Notes under the pieces: generated by a model | What the model was told of the DNA's origin: nothing | The model's database searches: none | What the model saw: only the letters and a program-made list of their open reading frames with translations | Shown: piece by piece, positions 13,121 to 25,918 of the stretch | Layout: the number at the start of each line of letters is the position of its first letter | Position numbering within the stretch: the first letter of the stretch is position 1 | Assembly (NCBI RefSeq): GCF_963921235.1 | Contig: NC_086108.1 | Span: 77,006,001-77,070,000, forward strand | Origin: Mobula hypostoma | Taxonomy: Eukaryota | Length of the DNA stretch: 64,000 bases | Reading direction: 5' to 3' | Program-made: the position numbers and the translations under genes

Positions 13121-14757
13121 AAGTAGTGGAACCTATACAGATTAAAGAGGAGGAGGTACTTGCTATCTTGAGGCAAATCAGAGTAGATAAATCCCCAGGA
13201 CCTGACAGGGTATTTATTCCCTCAGACCTTGAAGGAGACTAGTGTTGAAATTGCAGAGGTCCTGGCAGATATATTTAAAATGTTGGTATCTACGGGTGAG
13301 GTGCCGGAGGATTGGAGGATAGCTCATGTTGTTCCATTGTTTAAAAAAGGCTCTAAAAGTAATCTGGGAAATTATAGGCCGGTAAGTTTGACGTCGGTAG
13401 TAGGTAAATTATTGGAAGGAGTACTAAGAGATAGGATCTACAAGTATTTGGATAGACAGAGACTTGTTAGGGAGAGTCAACATGGCTTTGTGCGTGGTAG
13501 GTCATGTTTAACCAATCTGTTAGAGTTTTTCGAGGAGGTTACCAGGAAAGTGGATGAAGGGAAGGCAGTGGATGTTGTCTATATGGACTTCAGTAGGCCT
13601 TTGACAAGGTCCCGCATGGGAGGTTAGTTATGAAGATTCAGTCGCTAGGTATACACAGAGAGGTAGTAAATTGGATTAGACATTGGCTCAATGGAAGAAG
13701 CCAGAGAGTGGTAGTGGAGGATTGCTTCTCTGAGTGGAGGCCTGTGACTAGTGGTGTGCCACAGGGATCAGTGCTGGGTCCGTTGTGATTTGTCATCTAT
13801 ATCAATGATCTGTATGATAATGTGGTAAATTGGATCAGCAAATTTGCTGATGATACAAAAATTGGAGGTGTAGTGGATAGTGAGGAAGGTTTTCAAAGCT
13901 TGCAGAGGGATTTGGACCAGCTGGAAAAATGGGCTGAAAAATAGCAGATGGAGTTTAATACAGACAAGTGTGTGTGAGGTATTGCACTTTGGAAGGACAA
14001 ACCAAGGTAGAACATACAAGGTAAATGGTAGGGCACTGAGGAGTGCAGTAGAACAGAGGGATCTGGGAATACAAAATTCCCTAGAAGTGGTGTCACGGGT
14101 AGATAGGGTCGTAAAGAGTGCTTTTGGTACATTGGCCTTTATAAATCAAAGTACTGAGTATAAGAGTTGGAGTGTTATGGTGAAGTTGTATAAGGCATTG
14201 GTGAGGCCAAATTTGGAGTATTGTGTGCAGTTTTGGTCACCAAATTACAGGAAGGATATTAAGGTAGAAAGAATGCAGAGAAGGTTTACAAGGATGTTGC
14301 TGGGACTTGAGAAATTGAGTTACAGAGAAGGGTTGAGTAGGTTAGGACTTTATTCCCTGGAGCGTAGAAGAATGAAGGGAGATTTGATAGAGGTATATAA
14401 AATTATGATGGGTATAGATAGAGTGAATGCAAGCAGGCTTTTTCCACTGAGGCAAGGGGAGAAAAAAACCAGAGGACATGGGTTAAGGGTGAAGGGGGAA
14501 AAGTTTAAAGGGAACATTAGTGGGGGGCTTCTTCACACAGAGAGTGGTGGGATTGTGGAATGAGCTGCCAGATGAAGTGGTAGATGTGGGCTCACTTTTA
14601 GCATTTAAGAAAAACTTGGACAGGTACATGGATGAGAGGTGTATGGGGGGTTATGGTCCAGGTGCAGGTTAGTGAGACTAGGCAGAAAAATGGTTCGGCA
14701 CCGCCAAGAAGGGCCAAAAGGCCTGTTTCTGTGCTGTAATGTTCTACAGTTCTATGT
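13121..14757 (+). mobile_element. CR1 LINE, 5'-truncated, RT domain and 3' UTR, frameshifted
   Basis: [53 protein letters not shown]; tail ttctacagttctatg. Confidence 0.96.
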
Positions 14758-14821
14758 TTCTCCCATTTTCTTTATTGAGTGATGACCAATTCAAAGAAGG
14801 GGGAAAATTGATCTTTGTAAA

Positions 14822-14926
14822 TTGGCCCGTGATTAGGCTAGGATTAAATTGGGAGTTGCTGGGCTGTATGACTCAAAGGGGCAGAAAGGCCTATTCTGTG
14901 CTGTATCTCTAAATAAAATAAATAAA
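14822..14926 (+). mobile_element. HE1-like SINE 3' fragment
   Basis: gggcagaaaggcctattctgtgctgtatctctaaataaaataaataaa, a CR1-type SINE tail. Confidence 0.6.
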
Positions 14927-14962
14927 GTGCACTTAGGCCCCGCTTAACACTGAGGATATGTT

Positions 14963-17900
14963 AGAAACATAGAAACATAGAAAACCTACAGCACAATACA
15001 GGCCCTTCCGTCCACAGAGTTGTGCCGAACATGTCCCTACCTTAGAAATTTCTAGGCTTACCTATAGCCCTCTATTTTACTAAGCTCCATGTACCTATCT
15101 AAAAGTCTCTTAAGAGACCCTGTTGTATCTGCCTCCACCACCGTTGCCGGCAGCCCATTCCATGCACTCACCACTCAATGAGTAAAAATCTTACCCCTGA
15201 CATCTCCTCTGTACTTACTCCCCAGCACTTTAAACTTGTATCCTCTTGTGGCAACCACTTCAGCCCTGGGAAAAAGCCTCTGACTATCCACACAATCAAT
15301 GCCTCTCATCATCTTATACACCTCTATCAGGTCACCTCTCATCCTCCACCGCTCCAAGGAGAGAAGGCCGAGTTCACTTAACCTATTCTCATAAGGCATG
15401 CTCCCCATTCCAGGCAACATCCTTGTAAATCTCCTCTGCACCCTTTCTATGGCTTCCACATCCTTCTTGTAGTGAGGTGACCAGAACTGAGCACAGTACT
15501 CCGAATGTGGTCTGACCAGGGTCCTATATAGCTACGACATTATGTCTCGGCTCCTAAATTCAGTTCCACGATTGATGAAGGCCAATACACCGTACGCCTT
15601 CTTAACTGCATAGTCAACCTGTGCAGCTGCTTTTATTGTCCTATGGACTTGGACCCCAAGATCCCTCTGATCCTCCACACTGCCAAGAGTCTTACCATTA
15701 ATACTATATTCTGCCATCATATTTGACCTACCAAAATGAACCACTTCACACTTATCTGGGTTGAACTCCGTCTGCCACTTCTCAGCCCAATTTTGCATCC
15801 TATAAATGTCCCACTGTAACCTCTGACAGCCCTCCACACTATCCAGAACACCTCCAACCTTTGTGTCATCAGCAAACTTACTAACCCATCCCTCCACTTC
15901 CTCATCCAGATCATTTATAAAAATCACAAAGAGTAATGGTCCCAGAACAGATCCCTGAGGCACTCCACTGGTGACCGACCTCCATGCAGAATATGACCCG
16001 TCTACAACCAATCTTTGCCTTCTGTGGGCAAGCCAGTTCTAGATCCACAAAGCAATGTTCCCTTGGATCCCATGCCTCCTTACTTTCTCAATAAGCCTTG
16101 CATGGGGTATCTTATCAAATGCCTTGCATGGGGTATCTTATCAAATGCCTTGCATGGGGTACCTTATCAAATGCCTTGCTGAAATCCATATACACTACAT
16201 CTACTGTTCTTCCTTCATCAATGTGTTTAGTCACATCCTCAAAAAATTCAATCAGGCTCGTAAGGCACGACCTGCCTTTGACAAAGCCATGCTGACTACT
16301 CCTAATCATATTATACCTCTCCAAATGTTCATAAATGCTGCTTCTCAGGACCTTCTCCATCAACTTACCAACCGCTGAGGTAAGACTCACTGGTCTATAA
16401 TTTCCTGGGTTATCTTTACTCCCTTTCTTGAATAAAGGAACAACATCCGCAACCCTCCAATCCTCCGGAACCTCTCGCGTTCCCATTGATGATGCAAAGA
16501 TTGTCGTCAGAGGCTCAGCAATCTCCTCCCTCACCTCCCACAGTAGCCTGGGGTACATTTCATCCAGTCCTGTCGACTTATCCAACTTGATGTTTTCCAA
16601 AAGCTCCAGCACATCCTCTTTCTTAATATCTACATGCTCAAGCTTTTCAGTCTGTTACAAGTCATCACTACAATCACCAAGATCCTTTTCCATAGTGAAT
16701 ATTGAAATAAAGTATTCATTAAGTACCTCTGCTATTTCCTCCGGCTCCATACACACTTTCCCACTGTCACACTTGATAGGTCCTATTCTTTCATGTCTTA
16801 TCCTCTTGCTCTTCTCATACTTGTAGAATGCCTTGGGGTTTTCCTTAATCCTACCCGCCAAGGCCTTCTCATGGCCCCTTCTGGCTCTCCTAATTTCCTT
16901 CTTAAGCTCCTTCTTATTAGCCTTATAATCTTCCAGATCTCTAACATTACCTCACTCTCTGAACCTTTTGTAAGCTTTTCTTTTCTTCTTGACTAGATTT
17001 ATTACAGCCTTTGTACCCCACGGTTCCTGTACCCTACCATAACTTCCCTGTCTCATTGGAACGTACCGATGCAGAACTCCACACAAATATCCCCTGAATA
17101 TTTGCCACATTTCTTCCTGAGAACATATGTTTCCAATTTAAGCCTCCAATTTCCTGCCTGATAGCCTCATAATTCCCCTTACTCCAATTAAACGCTTTTC
17201 TAACTTGTCTGTTCCTAACTTTCTCTAATGCTATTGTAAAGGAGATAAAATTATGATCACTATCTCCAAAATGCTCTCCCACTGAGAGATCTGACACCTG
17301 ACCAGGTTCATTTCCCAATACCATATCAAGTACAGCCTCTCCTCTTGTAGGCTTAGCTGCATATTGTGTCAAGAAACCTTCCAGAACACACCTAACAAAC
17401 TCCACCCCATCTAAACCCCTTGCTCTAGGGAGACGCCAATTCGATATTTGGGAAATTAAAATCTCCCATCATGACAACTTTGTTATTATTACACCTTTCC
17501 AGGATATGTTTCCCTATCTGCTCCTCGATATCCCTGTTACTATTGGGCAGCCTGTAAGAAACACCCAGTAAAGTTATTGACCCCTTCCTGTTTCTAACCT
17601 CCACCCACAGAGACTCCGTAGACAATCCCTCCATGGTGTCCACCTTTTCTGCAGCCGTGACACTATCCCTGATCAACAGTGCCATGCCCCCACCTCTTTC
17701 GCCTCCCTCCTTGTCCTTTCTGAAACATCTAAAACCCAGCACTTGAAGTAACTATTCCTGTCCCTGAGCCATCCAAGTCTCTGGAATGGCCACCACATCA
17801 TATCTCCAAGTACTGATCCGCGCTCTAAGCTCATCTGCTTTGTTCACAACACTCCCCATGTTAAAATAGATACATCTCAAACCTTTAGTCTGAGCGAGTC

Positions 17901-18097
17901 CCTTCTCTATCACCTGCCTGTCCTCCCTCTTGCACTGTCTACAAGCTTTCTCTATTTGTGAGCCAACCTCCTCTTCCCCAGTCTCTTCAGTTCGGTTCCC
18001 ACCCCCCAACAATTCTAGTTTAAATTCTCCCCAGTTGCCTTAGCAAAGCTCCCCGCCAGGATATTGGTCCCCCTGGGATTCAAGTGCAACCCGTCAA
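14963..18097 (-). mobile_element. CR1 LINE: end of ORF1 (SGNH esterase) plus essentially complete but frameshifted ORF2 (APE endonuclease and RT)
   Basis: ORF1 end DGLHLNPRGTNILAGSFAKATGENLN*. EN motifs LRCIYFN, MGDFNFPNI, GDSDHN. RT motifs [18 protein letters not shown]. (agaaacat)n tail. Likely TSD ATGTT at 14958-14962 and 18098-18102. Confidence 0.96.
16095..16179. repeat. 26-bp tandem triplication inside the CR1 RT
   Basis: gccttgcatggggtatcttatcaaat at 16095, 16121 and 16147 (third copy has one substitution). Confidence 0.95.
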
Positions 18098-18939
18098 ATG
18101 TTCCTCAGAAGTGGAGCGCTATGTAAATCAGTGCTATGTGAGGTCATTATAACATTACATAAATGGATGTGTGTCTGATTTAAAAACAATCAAACTTGAA
18201 GTCTATGATATTTTATGTTCCACAGTAATTCATGGAGTAACAAACACACAAATAGGCCTAACCTGTATAGCAGTGGAGCAGCAACACATTGTAGTAGCAA
18301 TGTAGGGAAGTGGGTGTTGGTTACATCTTAGAGGGGGGACCGGGCTGTGGGTTTCATCTAACTTTGGCTTCTCAAGTAGGCATCGAGATTTGACAGCCTT
18401 TTCTTAAGTTTCCTCTCATGAAGCAGTTCTTGGTAGCAGGAAATCATATCAAGAGCATCTCTCTTTGCCTTATTGCTTTACTCCCAGTCAGGGTCATTAT
18501 TGATGAACATGGCAAATTTCAAAGAAGTGCCAACATCAACCCCTGATGCTCACCAGCTTCCAAATGCCGTATCACTTGCAGTTTCACATCCATGCTAATG
18601 CTTTTCCTAGACATAGATTTACTATCCTCACTGGAAGTTGCAGGCCGTTTTCCAGACATTATTGGAGAAAAAAATGGAATAAATTGCTGAGGGAGCAAGA
18701 ACATTTACACACGCGGGGGAGGCATAGTGTGAACTGATACGTGATTGGCTGTAAGTGGCTCAGAGTGTATGTAAAGTGCTCTCATTGGCTGATTGAATGC
18801 TTACTGTAATGGTGGCTGCTCTTGAGAAGTTTTAAGTGTTGTTTAGAATGAATTTTTGTCGTTAAAAAATTTTCAGTAAAGAATTGAATAACCATGTTGT
18901 AACAAATCAGCACTATGTGGGGTCTGACTGTATGTTGTT

Positions 18940-19330
18940 ATTTAACATCTTTCATAGCTCCTTTACAGCGAATGAAATACTTTCTGAGGTAAAGCCACTC
19001 CTGTAATATAAGCAGTTTGCCCATGACAGACTTTCACAAGTTTGATAATAACCAGATAATTTCAAAACACTGATCTCAAAATCTTGCCCAGTACACAAGA
19101 AAGAACTCACATACTCTTTAAAAATAGTGCCATGGGATAGTGTGTATCTATGTGATAGTGCATATTAAACTGACTTTGTTTAATGTCTCTTCTGAAAGAT
19201 GACACCTTCAGTAGTACAGCAGTCCCTTGATATTGAACTGTAGTGTCAATGTACATTTTGTGCTCAAGTCTCTGGAGTACTAATTGAATCCACATTCTTG
19301 TGAGTCAGGCAACTTTGTTAGCACAGAAGC
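18940..19330 (-). mobile_element. Ancient Deu-domain SINE (SacSINE1/AmnSINE-related)
   Basis: The reverse complement contains ctccagagacttgagcacaaaa...gaaggtgtcatctttcagaagagacattaaac...atcccatggcactattt...attatctggttattatca, matching the Deu domain as I know it. Confidence 0.75.
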
Positions 19331-20339
19331 TGTAGCTGATACTATGCAGGGATATTTTCACAAAATAAAATTGCCATTTGTCCAGCAATTTAAGCTAGTT
19401 TTCATGTGAATGTGGTGACTACTTGACTGGCCTTTCAGATGCTTAGTGCTCATTAGCAAGTCTAATTCTCTTTATTCAAATTCTAAAAGTGCGCAAGTTC
19501 CATCGGCAGCTAATATACAGATATGGAGGCATACTCATCTTGTTCTCTATGCATCTTAGCCAATGTAGTCAAATGTATATACCCTTTTATTAATTACTTT
19601 GTGAGGAGTTTTAAAGTGTTCGATTTACTGTCAGTAGGATTGGATTCATTTATCACTTTTGTTCTATTCCCCCACAATTGAACATGTAATATTTTCAGTC
19701 AAAATGAATCAATTGCATATTTAAAGTAACTGGCCCTCGTAAACTCAAATGAAACCAAAATTAAATGGTTAATGAGCAGAGTCCAGTTAATAAATGTGAT
19801 TTTAACAAGGTCTGGACCATATGAACCTACAATAACTAAATCAATATTCTCTCTATTGATTGTGCAGTATTCACATATTGCACTGATCTTTGGATAGTGT
19901 AGCAATTTTTTACAACTAAATCAGGACTTGATGTGGCCTACTCATTGATTATGGGCTGCACCACACCTGCTATTTGGCTTCTTCTTGACTCAGTTCAAAG
20001 AACTGCTCTTTCTAACCATTTGTTACCTAAATCAAACATTGTGTGTTCTTTGACTGGGAAGGTGATCTTGTAAGCATTCTTTTGGCCTGTAATATTGCTG
20101 CTGTAATCAGCTATGAAAGAGAGCACCAAATTAATGAAGATCGTGCATTTTCAAAAACGTGCCTGCAAAATAAATTGATGATAAAAATACTGCTATTCTT
20201 TCTGTACAATGCAAAATAAAGATACTCTTTTTTTCATTATACAATGGATATACAACTTTATTTGTGCACCCTAAACTAAAGAAGTACCTTCAAAAAGATG
20301 AATTAATTGGACACTTGTCCAATTAATACACAGTGATCA

Positions 20340-20420
20340 GTTAATATGCAACTTGGGACAATGGGAGGAAACAGGAGCACCTGTGAAAAATCCTTGTGGT
20401 CACAAGGGGGAGTGGGGATG
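20340..20420 (-). mobile_element. V-SINE fragment
   Basis: ttgggacaatgggaggaaacaggagcacctgtgaaaaatccttgtggtcacaagggg is the reverse complement of a V-domain. Confidence 0.55.
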
Positions 20421-20773
20421 AACTCTATCAAAAGCTTTTACCTGCTGTGCTTTTGTGCTGTCCATTTGCTGCTAGCTGAGTGAGATCTGATATTGGACTC
20501 TTGAACCCCAACATACCAATTTCATGCAATTTCCCAACAGTCCTATTCTTAAATAGCCTTTTAAACTGTTTTAAGTACATTTATGTTTATATAGGTTTTG
20601 AATATCTCTGAATATTTGTGAATATCTAAGATAGTCCAACCATTTGACAGCTTGGGACAGAGCTTAGCTGGCTGCCAATGCTTTTCTAAAGGAAGCAGTG
20701 ATCAGAGTGACCTGCCTGCCAGGATGTTTTCAGGAGTTCTTGCCTTGGGATCCCTTCAAAGTAAATGTTTGAA

Positions 20774-20988
20774 AGCAACACATGCAAAGTACTGGAGGAA
20801 CTCAGCAGGCCAGGCAGCATCTATGGAAAGAGTAAACAGTCGAAGTTTCGAGCCAAGACCCTTCATCTGGTCCTGATGAACGGTCTTGGCCTGAAGCACT
20901 GACTGTTCACTCCTTTCCATAGATGCTACCTGGCCTGCTGAGTTCATCCAACATCTTGTGTGCATTGCTTGGATTTCCAGCATCTGCC
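20774..20988. repeat. Palindromic Penelope pLTR-derived element with back-to-back hammerhead cores
   Basis: Inverted arms of about 95 bp meet at cccttcatctggtcctgatgaacgg. Confidence 0.87.
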
Positions 20989-23900
20989 TATTTTTTTCAA
21001 AAATTTTAAGCAAGTAGGTGAGTGGGAACTGGCTTACCATTCCCAAGATATTCAGACTACCTCCAGACCATTCTTTTCCAGTGTAACTTGCAGCATTTCT
21101 ATAATTAGTAAATGGCTATTGAAGTGTTTTATAATACATACTTTGTATTCGCCCTCATCCACAACTAAGTGTTAATTTTATTTTTAATGCATATTTATTT
21201 TAGATAAAAATGCAACTGTCCTTCAAAGATTTGAGTTTCTGTTGCAAGCTTTTTAAATTGCAAAATCAATTTGTGCTGCCAGTGTGCAAAATTGGCCCAG
21301 ACCTCTGAGTGCAGTGAATAAATCTACCCAGGCTAATTTGTACAGCACTAAATTTTCAGGAACCTAATGCCTTTTCAATGCTTGACACTAAGACTTGCTT
21401 ACTTGCACGATGGATGTGGTTTATAGGGCCCTTGTGCAAGTGATAAATGGCTGTTGGTTACACTGTTGCATAAAGTGCTCATTTTGGTCCTTTGAAGGTT
21501 CATGTTGTGATTTGAGGATGTTTATCAAATGTGAAGTATTTCTTGGATGTTTTCAAACCATGAATTAGTAAGTATGCTGAAAGAAGATTTGCGTCATGCA
21601 CTGCTGTTTATTGTTAAAAAGCTGTCGACTGTTTGATTCAAAGCTTTAGCTTTTAGCCTCTCCCTTTATCTCCCCATTCCCTCTACTGTATAATTTTATT
21701 GCTTCTTATGAATCTCTTCTGGTTTTAGAAAGTGGGGAGGGAATACTGGTGAAGTGGGTGAGATGGTGGCAGGGGAAAGAAAAGACCATCTGCTGTGTAG
21801 TTCTGTGTTCATGATTGGTCTGTTGGGAGTGCAACTTATCTATGGATGCCAGAATTTCACCTTTATCATCCACTGCACATTATCTGCCAGTGGGGCTAGT
21901 ATAGTACTACCATAGCATTCTCTTTTTCTTTGCTTGCACACCGGATTGATGGAATGCATTATTGTATGTGTTTTTAGAGATTTTGTTGATGTGTGAAATG
22001 CTGGAACTGGGATCCAACGTAATTTAGTCTGTAAAGCAAAGGTTGGTGTTCTGGTGCTGTCTGCCTTAGTGCAGTAAATCAAGACCTTTCTACAATTACC
22101 ACCACCTGCCTGTGGCTACCATTGGCTTCACTGCCAAGTCCCTTTGACTGTTTGTAAGCAAGCTGCCAGTAGATATCACATCAATCAAATTGTTTAAGAA
22201 TTGATTCCTGTCTGGAATATCATGAATCTGTTAAGAAAGTTATATTTTCAAAATAATTTAGACACTATTCTTTAATTCAAATTGAACATTTTTCATAACA
22301 TTACTTGATACCATTGACAAATCATAAACTGTATCAATAGACTGATATATTGTTGCTTTGTTCACTTCAGAGTGCACCAATGTACTGCCTGTTTGGTAGC
22401 TCTTCTGTGAGGTCTGCCTTCTTTGCATGTCAATAAAGTTACTTAGGAACACAGAGGAAAAACAATATTTTGTTGACATTTACTTTTTATGAGAATAGGA
22501 TTAGGTCATTCAGTCCTTCAAGCATGTTCTGCCAATCATCTGTACTTCTGTTCTGCCTTTTCTTCCTGTACCTTGCTTTAAAAAAAACAAACTTTCAGTT
22601 AAGTTGGGGTCAAAATCTTTTGGTAGAAAGAATTACAGATTTTCACAATCCTTTCCATATGAAAGCTGCTGGTTGGTTTTAGCTCTGTTTTTAAGATTGT
22701 GCCACTTTGTTCTTGATTCGCCATTTTGAGGATAATGTTTTCCTTCATGGAACCCAGCTTATTGATAAAAACACCTTTATTGATTTAGATGTCATCCTTC
22801 TAAACATGAAGCTTAGGAGCCATCTACATGCAATCAGGTTATATGCTTGAGAAGTAAGCAGTGCTAACACTCAGATACATCTGTATTGTTCCTTGTATTG
22901 CTTTTACATTTCACCATCCAAACCTAAATGCAGCCCTTTAGAAGGGGTTGATAAATACTCCGTTGAGTAGAATCATCAGTCCTTATTTTCATAAATGAGA
23001 CCGATGCAGTAACCATCAGGATTTTATTGGCTTCATTGATTACATTTTAAATAAAATCTTTGCTTCCATGATTTGTTTCAAGATTCTGATTAAAAGAGAG
23101 TTTGAGATTTTTGTTCTTGAATCCTGGCTGGATGACCTCAATTCCCCATTTCAAGTGGTGTCTACCAATGATTTGACTATTCAATCATTGTTCCTTTCCT
23201 TACTCCTAGCTATTTAGTCATGGGCCATTTTGTATGTATGATTCTCTATTCCTCCTTTCAAGTTATTTGGTTAAAACTTGTTGACCATTGACCACTGTCA
23301 TAAGTGTCTGGTTTTGTAGATCAACAATCATGTTGACTCGCTGGGAAGTTTTGCCTTGATCTTAATTGGCATGATACAGTGCCATGCTAGGGCATCTTGT
23401 AGTGGGGTGGAGTGGTCTTGTACTACTCAGAATAAGCCTTGAAACAATAAAAAAAGTAAAATCTTTTGACAGCTGACCAAGCCATACCATCTGCCATGAC
23501 CAGCTGATGAAAAATTGTTAAACAATTATGAACATTTCAGACATTTGGTAACATTCAAAGTTATTTAACAAAAGAAATAAAAGACATTTGAAAGCATTAT
23601 AAAACTATTCATTATAAAACTTGACATATGCTATGCACTCTGAGCACGTAGCTGCAGTGCCTCTTAAGATTCAGTACATGCCTGGCTGTGTTATCATCAT
23701 TGAATAATAAGAAGCAGGAATACATAGCTAGTTTTGATGTATTTAAGCAGTCTTTGGGGTTAAAAGTGATCCTGTTTGCTGGAAGCTGAAATCCGAAGTA
23801 GATTGTTCAAGTTTATTGTCCATGTCTACGCAGGGTAGAAATGCCATGGAAATTAGCTTTTTGCCACAGAAGCACAATTTGTTACAGGATGAAGATAAAT

Positions 23901-25290
23901 ATTAGAGATTGTTTGAGAATTTTTCAGAGAATGTATTTTGAATTTCAGAGGTAGCAACTTTTGATTTCAGCTGTTGGCCTGCCATTGAATCCTAATTCTG
24001 GCTGCTGTTTAGAACTTGCTCAGGGTCTGCATGTATGCTTCCTAAAGCTTCTCACTTTGATCAATCTATTGCCTGCAGAAACCCATGCACCCATTTTCCT
24101 AATGTGTTTCATGAACAGAAATTAAAAGTGTAACAGAAGTGTACTAAGTGCTTAGTTTGCAAGGTGGGTGCATTTTTATTTGTACAGAAGAGATGACCAG
24201 TCATATATCACTACTTTATACCATGGTAATCTTACAGAAATCTATAATTTACTCAGAGGGATAGTTCTGCGCTCTTTCAGTATCTAAACTTTTAGTGAGG
24301 ATTTTTGAAGTGTGTAATGTGTGGATAAGTGTATTGTCTCACGAATGGATATCTGAATGGAAAAAATGTTGCTATTACATGTTAATTGGATCTGTGTTAA
24401 AAATTTTTTATTGTGCACAAAATTGTTTATGGTTTCTAGGCAAGACCTAATATACTGTTACCATTGACCAACTGACCAGTGTTTCTTCTGCACTAAAGAG
24501 AAAGTATTAAAATGAAAAAGGTTTGGGCTTTTATTCCCAGGCATGATTGTAACTTTTTGCTCTCTTTATGAATTGAGACATATTCCATTCAGGTGTTGGA
24601 GTTAAATAGCTTACTCCATACCTGTGGAAGCCTCTATTAATCATCATGTATTAGGAAACCATAATAGTATTCTTTCCAGAGAAGTATTGTCTTCTTATGT
24701 GTCCATATAATTACCTGTCATTTTATATTAGCACCATTACAATTAACAGTAACTCCCTTGCAGCTCCTAGTTATATGTATTTCTGTGTCATGCCATTTTG
24801 TGGTTTGTTTGGCAGAAAATGAAGTAGATTTGGTTGAATGCATACAGGCTCTTAAGTGCTTTCTTTGATTCCTCTGATGCATACACGTCTCTGGCTAGCA
24901 CAACAACGTAATTATTCTTAATTTGATTCTCTGTTTGACATTTTCTCATTGGTGTATTGCTATTTATTGACTTGATAAGTGGCAGTCTTAACGATGTGGC
25001 TGTCATTTGGCAGAGTAGCATTGAAACTTGGGTGCTTTCCAGAGGTACTTTAAAACTGCAGTCTACTTTTTCAGATATGCACATGATAATCATAGATCAT
25101 TTTATGAAAAGAAAATCCTGCTGTGTTAATACTTCCAATTTTTAATCTCCTTCACAAATCTTTGTATAGCTATTTGTCTTTCTTTTTTAAATCAAATTTT
25201 AATTATTTCTTATTTTATTTAATCGTGTCAAGTGTATTGAAATTGTTCTGTTTATATCAAACCAATGATTTGTTTTTCTTGTAATTACAG

Positions 25291-25399
25291 GATATCAGAA
25301 GATGCAACTGTAACGACAATTGAAGCACTGAAAGCCCGCATCCGTGAATTGGAACGACAACTGTCCCGTGGGGATAGATATAAATGTCTTATTTGTATG
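25291..25399 (+). CDS. RNF220: RNF220 E3 ubiquitin ligase, internal coding exon (109 bp, phase 2 to 0): ISEDATVTTIEALKARIRELERQLSRGDRYKCLICM
   Basis: Acceptor ttcttgtaattacAG at 25289-25290 and donor GTaggc at 25400. The translation matches the vertebrate RNF220 C-terminus as I know it (EALKARVRELERQLSRGDRYKCLICM) and joins in frame to 50442. Not in the ORF track. Confidence 0.96.
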
Positions 25400-25918
25400 G
25401 TAGGCAATATTTATTTTATGACTATCTTGTAAAACCCTTATTTTCCATGTACAAACCAGAGGATCTAATTTTTTTGATAGAGATTTTTGTAAGTAACATT
25501 TTAAATTGAAGTCAGTGGCATTGAACATCCTACTGCCCCTGTACTTTGGTGAATTATTTTAATAATCTGGTTTTTAATTACTGCAAAAACGCTTTACACT
25601 TATGACTGTGAGGCTAAGCACAGCTCCAATGCCGTGTTTATGTTTGCTGATGATATTGGCAGAATCAAAAGTGGTGACTCCAAAGCATAAGACAAATTGA
25701 AAGGAAAAGATGGGAGCCTGGGAGAACATTCATGTTTTGTTTTTACTTTTAGCAAGACATGCATATATGACATAGTGGTGTAATGACGTATGCTGTTCAC
25801 ATACTTTTACATATAACCTGTAATGAAGTATGTAAATAACAAAGAGTGCTTAACCGAACAATATATTTACAATATCACTCAAATTTTACTGAAATATTAA
25901 GTACACAGTGCTCCTCCC

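Larger units (their letters stand above)
14930..18930 (-). mobile_element. Old Tigger derivative split by CR1 (14930-14962 and 18098-18930)
   Basis: Degenerate TIRs CACTTAGGCCCCGCTTAACACTGA / TCAGCACTATGTGGGGTCTGACTG|TA. Minus-strand psq-HTH start MSGKRPATSSEDSKSMSRKSISMDVKLQVIRHLEAGE. Confidence 0.75.

Noticed and set aside
16095..16179. CRISPR-like array
   Set aside because: Spacerless tandem repeat inside a CR1 in vertebrate DNA.
1..25290. Upstream RNF220 exon (DEMPSTSNG...DIEK-like)
   Set aside because: No matching exon recognised. It is probably upstream of the window, though a diverged small exon could have been missed.
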